A DNA stretch of 64,000 bases from a bacterium (lineage in GTDB: Bacteria; Patescibacteriota; Patescibacteriia; Patescibacteriales; UBA12465). The notes under the pieces were generated by a model. It did not search any database. It saw only the letters and a program-made list of their open reading frames with translations, and was not told the origin of the DNA. A program made the position numbers and the translations under genes. This document shows positions 18,542-27,497 of this stretch, piece after piece (the stretch's first letter is position 1; every line of letters begins with the position of its first letter). Location of the stretch: assembly GCA_030696105.1 (NCBI GenBank), contig JAUYNJ010000005.1, positions 77,678 to 141,677 on the forward strand, given 5' to 3'.

Positions 18542-20536
18542 ATGCGTCTCCGATTCGCCCTGCTAATTCTAACTGCCTGTCTTTTATTGCCTCAAGCCGC
18601 TTTTGCGGAAGGGGTCTATCCTCGCTTGGCAAATTACTTTTTAAAGTATGAAATGACTTCAGTGGAGGCAAAAGAACTAGCTCGTTGGGATTTGTTAATT
18701 CTCGATATGGAAATTCAGGAAAATAATCCTGAACTGATTGTTTTAATTAGAAAACTAAATCCTAATGTAAAAATATTGGCGTATATTACTTCGCAAGAAA
18801 TTATCGATAACCCAAGTCAATCAAACTCTTATTTAAGAGCAGAGCTCGCGTCCGGTATTATAGAAAAATGGCGCCTAAAGGATGATTCCGGCAGAAGGGT
18901 TGTTAACTGGCCCTTTACTTCAATGTTAAATTTAACGGAGCGGGCGAGCCAGGATGCTTCTGGTTACAGGTTTAACGAATATCTGGCGCGGTTTATTAAG
19001 GACGAAATTAAATCTAGCGGTTTATGGGATGGGGTTTTTTATGATAATATCTGGGGTGATGTCGCTTGGATTAATGGCGGTAATCTCGATTTTGATAGTG
19101 ATGGTCAGCGCGAATCTAAAATTGTAGCGGATAGCTTGTGGGCGGAAGGAGTGACAAAATTATTAAGGCTTACTCGTGAACTTTGCGGAAATGATTTCTT
19201 AATTATGGGTAATGGCCGTGTTCATTGGCCTTATCAATCAACAATGAATGGTATGATGCTAGAGGGCTTTCCTCCATCATGGGAAAATGGCGGCACCTGG
19301 CAGGGCTCCATGGAAACCTACCTGAAGTTACCGACGGTTAACGCTAGTCCGGTAATTCCCGTGATTAACATTTACGAAAAGAATAAGGAAAATTATCGCT
19401 TATTCCGCTTCGGTCTAGCTAGCGCCTTGCTGGGCGACGGATATTACAGCTTTGATTATGATGTCACGAATCATGGGCAAACTTGGTGGTACGATGAATA
19501 TGATGTTGGTCTAGGCTCGGCTCAATCACCTGCATATAATATTTTAAACGGTGGAAAAAGCGACATACAACCAGGCCTCTGGCGGCGTGACTTTAAAAAT
19601 GGAGTCGCGATAGTAAACTCAACCGATAAAACGCAGTCTTTCACTTTTAGCAAAGAAGAATTTGAAAAAATAAAAGGTACACAAGCGCCTACTATTAATA
19701 ACGGACAAAGAATAAATTTTCTAAAACTTGAACCGCGCGATGGTATTATCCTGCTTAAGAAATTAACAGCCTGGCAAGGAAGCGGGTTTACTAATGGTGG
19801 TTTTTTAAGAATCTTCACCCCGGACGGCAAACAGGCACGAAATGGTTTCTTTTCTTATATCAGCTCCTTGCCTAGCGGCAGTGAGGTCGTGATTGAGTCG
19901 GGTAATGGTGAAGAAGAATACATTTATAGTGCTAGCGGCTTATTATATCGTCAACGCAACGGTAAAATTCATTGGCAAGCTCAGCCCTTTGCTGCTGGCT
20001 TCAAAGGTGCGACCTCAGTTGCTATCGGCGATGTGGATGGTAACGGCAAATTGGAAATTGTAATTGGCGCTGGTCACGGTGGTGGGCCGCAGGTGCGTGT
20101 ATTTACTCTTGATGGCAAGCCGATATCAAACTTCTTTGCCTACGATAAAAATTTCCGTGGTGGAGTTAACGTCGCCGTCGGTGATGTTGACGGTGATGGT
20201 AAGGCGGAGATTATAACTGGAGCCGGAACCGGAGGAGGTCCACATGTGAGATACTTCAATCATCAAGGGAAAGTAATTGGTAGTTTCTTTGCCTACGATA
20301 AAAACTTCCGCGGTGGTGTTAACGTCGCCGTCGGTGATGTGAATGGTGATGGCAAGGCTGAAATAATTACAGGCGCAGGACCCGGAGGTGGTCCACAAGT
20401 AAGAATTTTTGCTGGCACTGGCGTGCCAATCAGTAGTTTTTTTGCTTTCGAAGAAAATTTTCGTGACGGCGTGCGCGTCGGTTTTTCCTTAAAAACTGGA
20501 CAGCCCGAAATAGCCGTCGGTATCAAAGGCTTTTAA
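18542..20536 (+). CDS. Secreted putative glycoside hydrolase (GHL15-like) with C-terminal FG-GAP repeats
   Basis: Signal peptide; DGVFYDN; WRRDFKNG; three GDV(D/N)G(D/N)GK.EI..GAG.GGGP repeats. Confidence 0.7.
   Translation: MRLRFALLILTACLLLPQAAFAEGVYPRLANYFLKYEMTSVEAKELARWDLLILDMEIQENNPELIVLIRKLNPNVKILAYITSQEIIDNPSQSNSYLRAELASGIIEKWRLKDDSGRRVVNWPFTSMLNLTERASQDASGYRFNEYLARFIKDEIKSSGLWDGVFYDNIWGDVAWINGGNLDFDSDGQRESKIVADSLWAEGVTKLLRLTRELCGNDFLIMGNGRVHWPYQSTMNGMMLEGFPPSWENGGTWQGSMETYLKLPTVNASPVIPVINIYEKNKENYRLFRFGLASALLGDGYYSFDYDVTNHGQTWWYDEYDVGLGSAQSPAYNILNGGKSDIQPGLWRRDFKNGVAIVNSTDKTQSFTFSKEEFEKIKGTQAPTINNGQRINFLKLEPRDGIILLKKLTAWQGSGFTNGGFLRIFTPDGKQARNGFFSYISSLPSGSEVVIESGNGEEEYIYSASGLLYRQRNGKIHWQAQPFAAGFKGATSVAIGDVDGNGKLEIVIGAGHGGGPQVRVFTLDGKPISNFFAYDKNFRGGVNVAVGDVDGDGKAEIITGAGTGGGPHVRYFNHQGKVIGSFFAYDKNFRGGVNVAVGDVNGDGKAEIITGAGPGGGPQVRIFAGTGVPISSFFAFEENFRDGVRVGFSLKTGQPEIAVGIKGF
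19990..20480 (+). repeat. Intragenic FG-GAP tandem repeats, 153-bp (51-aa) period
   Basis: TTCTTTGCCTACGATAAAAAYTTCCGYGGTGGWGTTAACGTCGCCGTCGGTGATGT occurs at 20132 and 20285. Confidence 0.9.
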
Positions 20537-20540
20537 ATAT

Positions 20541-21605
20541 ATGCTTAAACAAATCAACAATTGGTGGCAAGACAGACGTAATCGTTTTTATCGTCGTCGT
20601 CGTTTACACCTTGCTTTAGAAATTTTCTTGATAACAGTTATTTTACTTTTAGCTGGTCTCGCTTTATTTCTCTCATCTTATCATCCGGCCTTAAACGGTA
20701 CTTTTTTTCCTGACGGTAACGCCACTTCATCTGACCCCACCTCTACAAAGCTGGTTTACACTGTCAGTGCCGACTCTCAATCTTTAGTTGTCTCCAGGGG
20801 AGACAGTCTGGATTCCACTATTACCTTTAAAAATAATGGCACTAGCAAAATATCTGACGTTGAAATGTTAATTGATTTCGATAGTTATGCTTTCGAGCTC
20901 AGTTCATTGCAGGCGGACGGGGAAGGGGTTACCGTGAGGGATGATAAAATATTATTGGAAAACATTAAGCCTGGAGATACGATTGTAATTAATTCAAAGG
21001 CGAGCTGGCGCGCTATCAAAAATGATTTTCCGCGAAGTATTAAGTCGAAACTAATAGTGACCGCCTCGAACAATGAAGCAAGATTGGTAAAAGAGGTTTC
21101 AGTTCCTGATTACAGAATTACTAGCGATTTAAAAATTGAAGCAGCTGCATATTATCATAGCCCACAGGGGGATCAACTCGGTATTGGCCCAATTCCGCCT
21201 ATCGTTGGTGTTCCTACAACCTATTGGCTCATAGTGAAAGCTGAAAATAATGGTAACGATTTGAATAATTTAGCTCTTAGCTTTCATCTGCCCGTAGGTG
21301 TCGAGTTGACCGGTGACGTCAGCCTGCTTGCCGGTAAGTATTCATACAATGCTGCAACAAGGCGATTAATTTGGCAGCTTGAGAGCGTTGACGCCTCAGG
21401 CGGCGACTATTTTGCTAATTTTGCTATCGCGCTGACCCCAAATGAGAGTCAAATAGGTAAAAATATTTTATTAGTTGATCAGATTCAGTATCACGCTGAT
21501 GACTCCTGGACTTCCGAAGTTATCTCTAGTCAGCTATCAAATATTGACACCTCTTTGCCAGCGGATCGTTTTAATCGAGGACAAGGACAAGTCAGCGCAG
21601 AATAA
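20541..21605 (+). CDS. Membrane-anchored hypothetical protein, probable Ig-like domains
   Basis: Basic N-terminus plus one TM; beta-rich extracellular part. Confidence 0.75.
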   Translation: MLKQINNWWQDRRNRFYRRRRLHLALEIFLITVILLLAGLALFLSSYHPALNGTFFPDGNATSSDPTSTKLVYTVSADSQSLVVSRGDSLDSTITFKNNGTSKISDVEMLIDFDSYAFELSSLQADGEGVTVRDDKILLENIKPGDTIVINSKASWRAIKNDFPRSIKSKLIVTASNNEARLVKEVSVPDYRITSDLKIEAAAYYHSPQGDQLGIGPIPPIVGVPTTYWLIVKAENNGNDLNNLALSFHLPVGVELTGDVSLLAGKYSYNAATRRLIWQLESVDASGGDYFANFAIALTPNESQIGKNILLVDQIQYHADDSWTSEVISSQLSNIDTSLPADRFNRGQGQVSAE

Positions 21606-21615
21606 ACTTTATTTC

Positions 21616-22764
21616 ATGATTGCATATTTAAGACAACTCTTAAAGCCAAAATATCCAACCTTAAACCGCTTGGAGATTTCGGCTGAAGCGATTAAGTATA
21701 ACCTTGAGTTTCTTCGGGCGCAGCAACCTAACGCAAAGATGATACCTGTTGTTAAGTCTAACGCTTACGGGCACGGGTTAAAAGAAATTTGCATTATTTT
21801 GAGTCGTTTGGGTGTCGAGATGGTGGCGCTCGATTCATTTCCGGAAGCGCAAATTGCATATCGTTATTTTAAAGGACGCGTCTTATTGCTTGGAGAAATG
21901 CAAATCCCAACCTATCGGCATCTTGATTGGTCGCGTACGGAAATCTGTGTTTATAACGAAGAGACTCTTAGTGCGCTAGCTGCACTTGGCGTGAGACCGA
22001 AGGTCCATTTATTTATAAACACTGGTATGAATAGGGAAGGTATCAAGGACTTACCATTATTTTGGGATAAGCATAGTCAGTTGCTTTCGAAAGTAGACAT
22101 AAACGGACTATGTTCTCATTTAGCGGACGGGGAAGGTGACGGCACTTTCAACGATAAGCAGTTAAAAATATTTTTTGAATCACACGATTATCTTCTTAGT
22201 CAAGGAGTTTCGCCAAAATGGGTTCACCTTGGAAATAGCGCTGGCGTGTTTGCACTGAAAGATGAGCGCTTGAATGCCTATCGTCCGGGGCTTGCATTAT
22301 ATGGTTACAATCCGTTTTCGTCTGAAAGCGTTCATTATGAAGAGGCAAAAAAACTACAGCCGGCCCTGCGGCTTCTAAGCACTGTTGTTGCGGTACAAAA
22401 AATACAGCCCGGTGAAGCTGTTTCCTATAACGCTGCCTATCGATCTCAGCATGATACCAGTATTGCCGTTATCCCTTTTGGTTACTACGAAGGCTTAGAT
22501 CGCCGTCTCTCAAACTTAGCAGATTTCTATTTAATCAAAGATAAAAAAAAGATTCCTTTAAAGCTGGCCGGTAAGGTTTGTATGAATCTATCCTGCTTAG
22601 ACGCGGGCGGGGAAGCCAGCGTTACTCCCGGAGATACGGTTGTGCTTATTTCGACGGATAAGGCAGATGCTAACTCACTAGAGAACCTCGCTAAATTGCA
22701 AGGAACTATTCCTTATGAAATATTAGTCAAATTTCAGGCTAATATTAGAAGAAATATTGTTTGA
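21616..22764 (+). CDS. alr: Alanine racemase
   Basis: VVKSNAYGHG PLP lysine; INTGMNREG; RPGLALYG; GKVCMN; TIPYEI; ATG at 21616. Confidence 0.95.
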   Translation: MIAYLRQLLKPKYPTLNRLEISAEAIKYNLEFLRAQQPNAKMIPVVKSNAYGHGLKEICIILSRLGVEMVALDSFPEAQIAYRYFKGRVLLLGEMQIPTYRHLDWSRTEICVYNEETLSALAALGVRPKVHLFINTGMNREGIKDLPLFWDKHSQLLSKVDINGLCSHLADGEGDGTFNDKQLKIFFESHDYLLSQGVSPKWVHLGNSAGVFALKDERLNAYRPGLALYGYNPFSSESVHYEEAKKLQPALRLLSTVVAVQKIQPGEAVSYNAAYRSQHDTSIAVIPFGYYEGLDRRLSNLADFYLIKDKKKIPLKLAGKVCMNLSCLDAGGEASVTPGDTVVLISTDKADANSLENLAKLQGTIPYEILVKFQANIRRNIV

Positions 22765-22779
22765 CAAGACTAAATTTTT

Positions 22780-23646
22780 ATGATGAAAGGGAAGTCTAGC
22801 CCATATTTGGCAAGAAGGGCAAAAACGAATAAACGTGTTAAAGTAGATTACCAGCGGAAAACGCTCAATAATCCTTTTTTTCGTCAGCGTCGAGAAAAAA
22901 AAGAAACATCGGGCCGTAGTCGAAAATTTTTTATACTTATAATTACGACTTTAATTTTAGCCTTCGCTGTTTACATTTTATTTTTTTCTTCGACATTTGC
23001 AATTCAAAAAATTCAAGTCAACGGCGTAAATCGCGTCGGCAACGAACAGCTAATCGCTTTAGCCTGGCAGCAGGCCGACCAAGGTCAGCATAATCTACTC
23101 TTATATAAAACTGAGGATTTATATAATTCATTGATGGAGAACTTCAGTTTTGACTCTTTGCGTGTTTATAAAAAATGGCCACATACGCTAGTGATAAGTG
23201 CTGGCGAGCGCGATCCAGCCTTTGTGTGGCGCTATAAGGGCGAGCAGCACTTCAGTGATAGTAATGGCTGCTTAATTCGCGAGACGGCTGTCGTGCCGGC
23301 AGACCTGTCTATGTATCCGGTTTTAGAAGCGGCTGACAACCAAGAACGTTTAAACGCAAGGGATTGTTTAACAATTGAGTCAGCATACCTACAGGCCATG
23401 TTTATATTGTCTGATAAGTTAAAAGCCTACCCAGAGCTTAAGGTGGATAGATTTTTACTCGAGGGCGAGGCTAACACCCTTAAGGCTGATTTAAACCTCG
23501 GGCCCAACATTTTATTTAACGTTAAAGAGGATGCCGACAAACAGCTTAATAAGCTTATTATTATCAAACAAGATAAGCCGGCGGCTGAGTTTAACAGCCT
23601 TGAGTATATAGATTTACGCTATGGTGACCGGGCCTACTTTAAATAA
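22780..23646 (+). CDS. FtsQ/DivIB-like POTRA-domain cell division protein
   Basis: Basic tail, TM helix, IQKIQVNG POTRA start, KKWPHTL, C-terminal EYIDLRYGDRAYFK. Confidence 0.8.
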   Translation: MMKGKSSPYLARRAKTNKRVKVDYQRKTLNNPFFRQRREKKETSGRSRKFFILIITTLILAFAVYILFFSSTFAIQKIQVNGVNRVGNEQLIALAWQQADQGQHNLLLYKTEDLYNSLMENFSFDSLRVYKKWPHTLVISAGERDPAFVWRYKGEQHFSDSNGCLIRETAVVPADLSMYPVLEAADNQERLNARDCLTIESAYLQAMFILSDKLKAYPELKVDRFLLEGEANTLKADLNLGPNILFNVKEDADKQLNKLIIIKQDKPAAEFNSLEYIDLRYGDRAYFK

Positions 23647-23662
23647 TTAATACTACAAATAT

Positions 23663-23803
23663 ATGGAATCGATGTTCAAGTTTTTGTTTGGTTTAGCGGT
23701 ATTCATTTTTTCGCTGGTGAGCGTGGGTGTATTTTTACTAATCATCAAAATTGTTTTAATGTTTTCACCAGAAGTGAGACTGCTGGGGTTAATAATCTAC
23801 TAA
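23663..23803 (+). CDS. Small hydrophobic protein, 46 aa (missed by the ORF track)
   Basis: MESMFKFLFGLAVFIFSLVSVGVFLLIIKIVLMFSPEVRLLGLIIY; AT-rich start context like its neighbours. Confidence 0.6.
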   Translation: MESMFKFLFGLAVFIFSLVSVGVFLLIIKIVLMFSPEVRLLGLIIY

Positions 23804-23880
23804 GACGTCTTACAGGACTGAAATTTAAGACATATTCCGATATAATGTACCCGGGTGGGACCTAATTTGAATATAGCCTT

Positions 23881-23908
23881 ACGTGTATTAATATACATTA
23901 TGCGAAGT
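23881..23908 (-). other. dif-like Xer recombination site
   Basis: Minus strand ACTTCGCATAA-TGTATA-TTAATACACGT, 11-6-11 layout (E. coli dif is GGTGCGCATAA-TGTATA-TTATGTTAAAT); about 320 bp upstream of a Xer gene. Confidence 0.6.
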
Positions 23909-23983
23909 ATCGAACTATGAATAAATAAGGCAAATTGTCGCATTTAGCCCATATCATCTACTTCCCTCATATCAAAAAGAATA

Positions 23984-24020
23984 ATCCTTGAGTGTCATTT
24001 ATCTCAGGGATTTATTTTTT
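23984..24020 (+). terminator. Probable intrinsic terminator
   Basis: ATCCTTGAG...CTCAGGGAT followed by TTATTTTTT. Confidence 0.55.
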
Positions 24021-24226
24021 ATAGACATAATTAAATTTACTGTACCTAACTTGTCACCGGATTAAAATTTACAGATGTTTGTGATACTTATGACCCGGGC
24101 GCTCAGCAATTTCAGAGCTATTTATGACTTCCCTGGCGCTTCCCCGTTTTTTCAAATTTGAGGAGGGGACTGCTAACCGCAAGAGCAACGATTTATCTAT
24201 CAGCTCCCTTCTGATATAATTAACAC

Positions 24227-25180
24227 ATGACCCAGAAACCAATAATAAAATATTTAGGCGATTTTCTCGATTACTGTGAAATTGAGAAAGGTCTGTCTAG
24301 TAAAACTCAGGAAAATTATACTCGTTTTTTACGCAAGTTTTTTACGTGGTTAGAGCTGGATTCTAAGGCTGACCTAAAGCCACAGGACTTCACTACCGAT
24401 CACGTATGGCATTACAAGGTTCATCTATCTCGGCACGCAGACTCGCGGACAAATAAGACGCTAAAGAAAAGTACACAGAATTACTACCTCATCGCACTCC
24501 GCTCCTTGTTGGAATTTTTTGTCGAAAAAGACATTACTTCCCTGCCGCCATCAAAAGTGAAGCTGGCGAAGGACAAATCTGATAAAGAAATAAAATTTTT
24601 AAAGATAGAACAATTAAAAACTTTACTCGACACGCCTGATCGTTTTTCCATTATCGGTTTAAGAGATGCCGCTATTTTAGAGTCCTTGTTTTCTACCGGC
24701 TTACGCGTCGCTGAGCTGGCCGCCTTAAATCGTGAGCAAATTCGCTTCAAACAACCAATCGATGACCTAGAAATTGCGGTTGTCGGTAAGGGCGGCAAAA
24801 TTCGCACAGTCTACTTCTCTGCAAGAGCCGCTAAGGCCCTTAAAGCCTATTTAGACGAGCGCAAGGACTTCGATGAGGCCTTATTCATAAACTATCGCCG
24901 CGGGGCCTCTAAAAGAGACGTAACGCGTCGATTGACTGTAAAAAGTATCGAAGATATCGTAAAAAAATATGTAAAAATTGCGGGTTTGCCGGTAATGGCG
25001 ACCCCTCATACTCTGAGGCACTCATTTGCAACGGATTTATTGAATTCGGGCGTGGACCTAAGAACAGTGCAAGAGTTTCTCGGTCACAGCAATATTGCCA
25101 CTACTCAAATTTACACGCACGTCACAAATAAACAACTGCGTGATATTCATCGTCGCGTGCATGAGAATCGAAAATTATAA
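24227..25180 (+). CDS. XerC/XerD-family tyrosine recombinase
   Basis: Core-binding N-domain; [37 protein letters not shown]. Confidence 0.95.
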   Translation: MTQKPIIKYLGDFLDYCEIEKGLSSKTQENYTRFLRKFFTWLELDSKADLKPQDFTTDHVWHYKVHLSRHADSRTNKTLKKSTQNYYLIALRSLLEFFVEKDITSLPPSKVKLAKDKSDKEIKFLKIEQLKTLLDTPDRFSIIGLRDAAILESLFSTGLRVAELAALNREQIRFKQPIDDLEIAVVGKGGKIRTVYFSARAAKALKAYLDERKDFDEALFINYRRGASKRDVTRRLTVKSIEDIVKKYVKIAGLPVMATPHTLRHSFATDLLNSGVDLRTVQEFLGHSNIATTQIYTHVTNKQLRDIHRRVHENRKL

Positions 25181-25186
25181 GCAAAC

Positions 25187-25217
25187 AAAAAAACGCACTC
25201 CTCAAGGAGTGCGTTTT
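25187..25217. terminator. Bidirectional intrinsic terminator
   Basis: AAAACGCACTCC-TCAA-GGAGTGCGTTTT. Confidence 0.85.
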
Positions 25218-25227
25218 GTATTTGTAT

Positions 25228-26475
25228 TTATGGTAAGTAATCAAGAGGATTAACCGGTATGCCATTTTTTCTGACTTCAAAGTGTAAATGGGCTCCAGTT
25301 GAGAATGGCCCTGAACCTGGCCTGCCAGGTGCGCCGCCAGTTGTGCCAATTAACTGACCCTTAACGACATACTGATCTTCTGCTACGCTAGCGCCGGAGA
25401 TATGACCATAAACGGTTGATAAGCCGTTATTGTGAACAATCATGATATAGGCGTAGGCGGTTGAGCCGTCAAATTTTACGCGCGCGACATATCCGTCAGC
25501 AGCCGCGTAGAGCGGACTTCCCTGCTTTGATCTTAAATCAATGGCTGAGTGCTCACCGATAATGCGGCGGAAGGGATAGTCTGGGTCGTGAAAAGTAGAA
25601 GTAATCACGCGACCAGTAATTGGCCAGGAAATAGTACTGTCACTTCCATCAAGACGATCTCGATTTAGCTGCGACATCTTGCTACGGACGGTATTTTCAA
25701 GGTTGGCGATATCAGCCGCTGCTTGCGCGGCCTGCTTTTTGGCTTGGGCAAGTAGGTCTTGATACGCTTTTTCCGAGGAGCGAGTTTCTTCTAAAAGGTA
25801 ATTCTTTTCGTTTTGCTCATATTGGAGTTGATCTTTTTTTTGCACCAGATCAGCCTTTAATTTAGCCAGTTCTTCGCTCTTCACTTTTATATCGGCCTGA
25901 GCTCGCTCAAGTCTATCTTTATCTGACTGCAGTTTGGCTAAGCTATTTTTCAGCTCCGTGTTGGCATTTTGTAGGTATCTCGACTGATTTAAAAACTCGG
26001 AGATAGAGCCGTTGAGCAAAAGGGCTTCAAGTGAGGAGACTTGGTCTTGTTTGTAAACAAGGCGTAGCAGTTTGGCGATATGGTCTTTCTGATCAGTTAG
26101 GCGCTGATTGAGATCAATGATGTCTAAGGTAATTTTTCTGGCCTCAAGATCAGTTTTGCTGATTTCCAAATTAGCACTCTCGAGTTCTAGCTGTGTTTTA
26201 GCGGCGCGGTTTTCAATTAGGCTGAGCTGTGAGGCGAGACTATTTTTTTCTACTTGCTTGGCGGCTATCGCCTGGCTATAAGCTTTTTGTCGTGCCGCCA
26301 GTGAGTCAATTTGCTGTTTCTGAGATTGAATCTCCGCGTTTAACTGCTGAATCTCGGCGTTAAGCATGTCGTCTTGGCCGCCGACAGCGAAGTCGATGTT
26401 GGAGATACAAAAAAACAGCGCGCTCAAAAATATTGCGCTGGTAAATACTTTCCCCCTGGTCGATAGATTTAACAT
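25228..26475 (-). CDS. Coiled-coil M23 peptidase (EnvC/LytM-like murein hydrolase)
   Basis: Signal/TM, long coiled coil, HSAID, STVYGH, HLHFEVR. Confidence 0.92.
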   Translation of the reverse strand: MLNLSTRGKVFTSAIFLSALFFCISNIDFAVGGQDDMLNAEIQQLNAEIQSQKQQIDSLAARQKAYSQAIAAKQVEKNSLASQLSLIENRAAKTQLELESANLEISKTDLEARKITLDIIDLNQRLTDQKDHIAKLLRLVYKQDQVSSLEALLLNGSISEFLNQSRYLQNANTELKNSLAKLQSDKDRLERAQADIKVKSEELAKLKADLVQKKDQLQYEQNEKNYLLEETRSSEKAYQDLLAQAKKQAAQAAADIANLENTVRSKMSQLNRDRLDGSDSTISWPITGRVITSTFHDPDYPFRRIIGEHSAIDLRSKQGSPLYAAADGYVARVKFDGSTAYAYIMIVHNNGLSTVYGHISGASVAEDQYVVKGQLIGTTGGAPGRPGSGPFSTGAHLHFEVRKNGIPVNPLDYLP

Positions 26476-26511
26476 ATTAATAATATAACATCTTTTGCAA
26501 AATCTGTAAAA

Positions 26512-27470
26512 TTATTCAAATTCTTTATAAGCGGTTTCCGATATTGCCTTAATTGTCTCGCTCATGCCGATGAAATTATTTCCCCGCGTCATGATACAAA
26601 GCAGATAAGGCTTATCTATCTTGTATACAACACCACAGTCATGAAGCTGCCTCCCGTCTAGTAAGACGCGTTCACCAAACTTATGTGCGACCTCAATCTG
26701 CGGAGGGACGCCGGCGGTAAGGCCGAGGTTAAACTGTGATTTAGTCAAAATGCCTAAGGCTTTCTCTGGCATTGCATGATTTAGATACGAAGCATTATAT
26801 AATATTCGGAAAAATGAGGCGTAGTCGCGTACGCTCATAAAGTTTTCATTTTCATCTATATCCGGTACTTCTATGCCCAAATTTTGATAAACGCTATCCA
26901 GGCTAGAGGCTTCAATATGATTCAATAAAGCATTAGCGGCTTTATTGTCAGAGTACACAATCATGTATTCAATGAGGTCATTAATTTTATATGCCTTGCC
27001 GCTTTCAACTGTTCTTAGTGGTATTATATTTTGTGATAAAGTACTAGAATCGTCAGTAATATATATTTCTCATCTAAAACTGATGGAAAGGCCTCGGCAA
27101 TCTTTAGATAAGAAATCATTAATGGCACCTTAAGTAGGCTGGCGGGAGTAAATTCCTCGTCTTCGTTTATTCCAACCCAAGGTCCATTGTTCAAATCACG
27201 AAAGTAGACACTCGCATATGTAATCTTGCCATCTTTAATGTTTCGGTTAATGCTCTCTTTAATTTTCTTCTCTATTTCTTGCTCAGAAGTGCCATGAGCG
27301 TCGCTGCAGTCAAGTAAAGGGCTAATGTGTTTATATCCAGTTTCGTGTATTTCACTCGATAAATTTCTTGTGTCGGCGTGATTAGCTTCGTGGTAGTAAT
27401 TGGTTGTTAAGATGCCTATCAAAATACCAAAAATTGCTATTATCAGAAGGTGGGCGTACTTAAGGATCAT
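26512..27470 (-). pseudogene. Class A beta-lactamase-like serine hydrolase, frameshifted
   Basis: SxxK (ASLLK) in the upstream ORF; SDN and HKFG in the downstream ORF; the frames join across the AT repeat at about 27058-27067. Confidence 0.8.
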
Positions 27471-27497
27471 GATGTTTGCAAACTTGATAAGAGATTT

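Noticed and set aside
20132..20400. Near-identical 153-bp repeats as a CRISPR array or DGR template/variable pair
   Set aside because: They are in-frame FG-GAP coding repeats with mainly synonymous differences; no spacers, cas genes or reverse transcriptase in the window
23847..23862. GTACCCGGGTGGGAC resembling the reverse complement of a tRNA 3' end (att remnant)
   Set aside because: Too short; no intact T-loop, no cloverleaf and no second copy
24227..25180. Recombinase as an integron integrase or prophage integrase
   Set aside because: No IntI-specific insertion, no RYYYAAC/GTTRRRY-bounded attC array and no phage genes; length and motifs fit Xer
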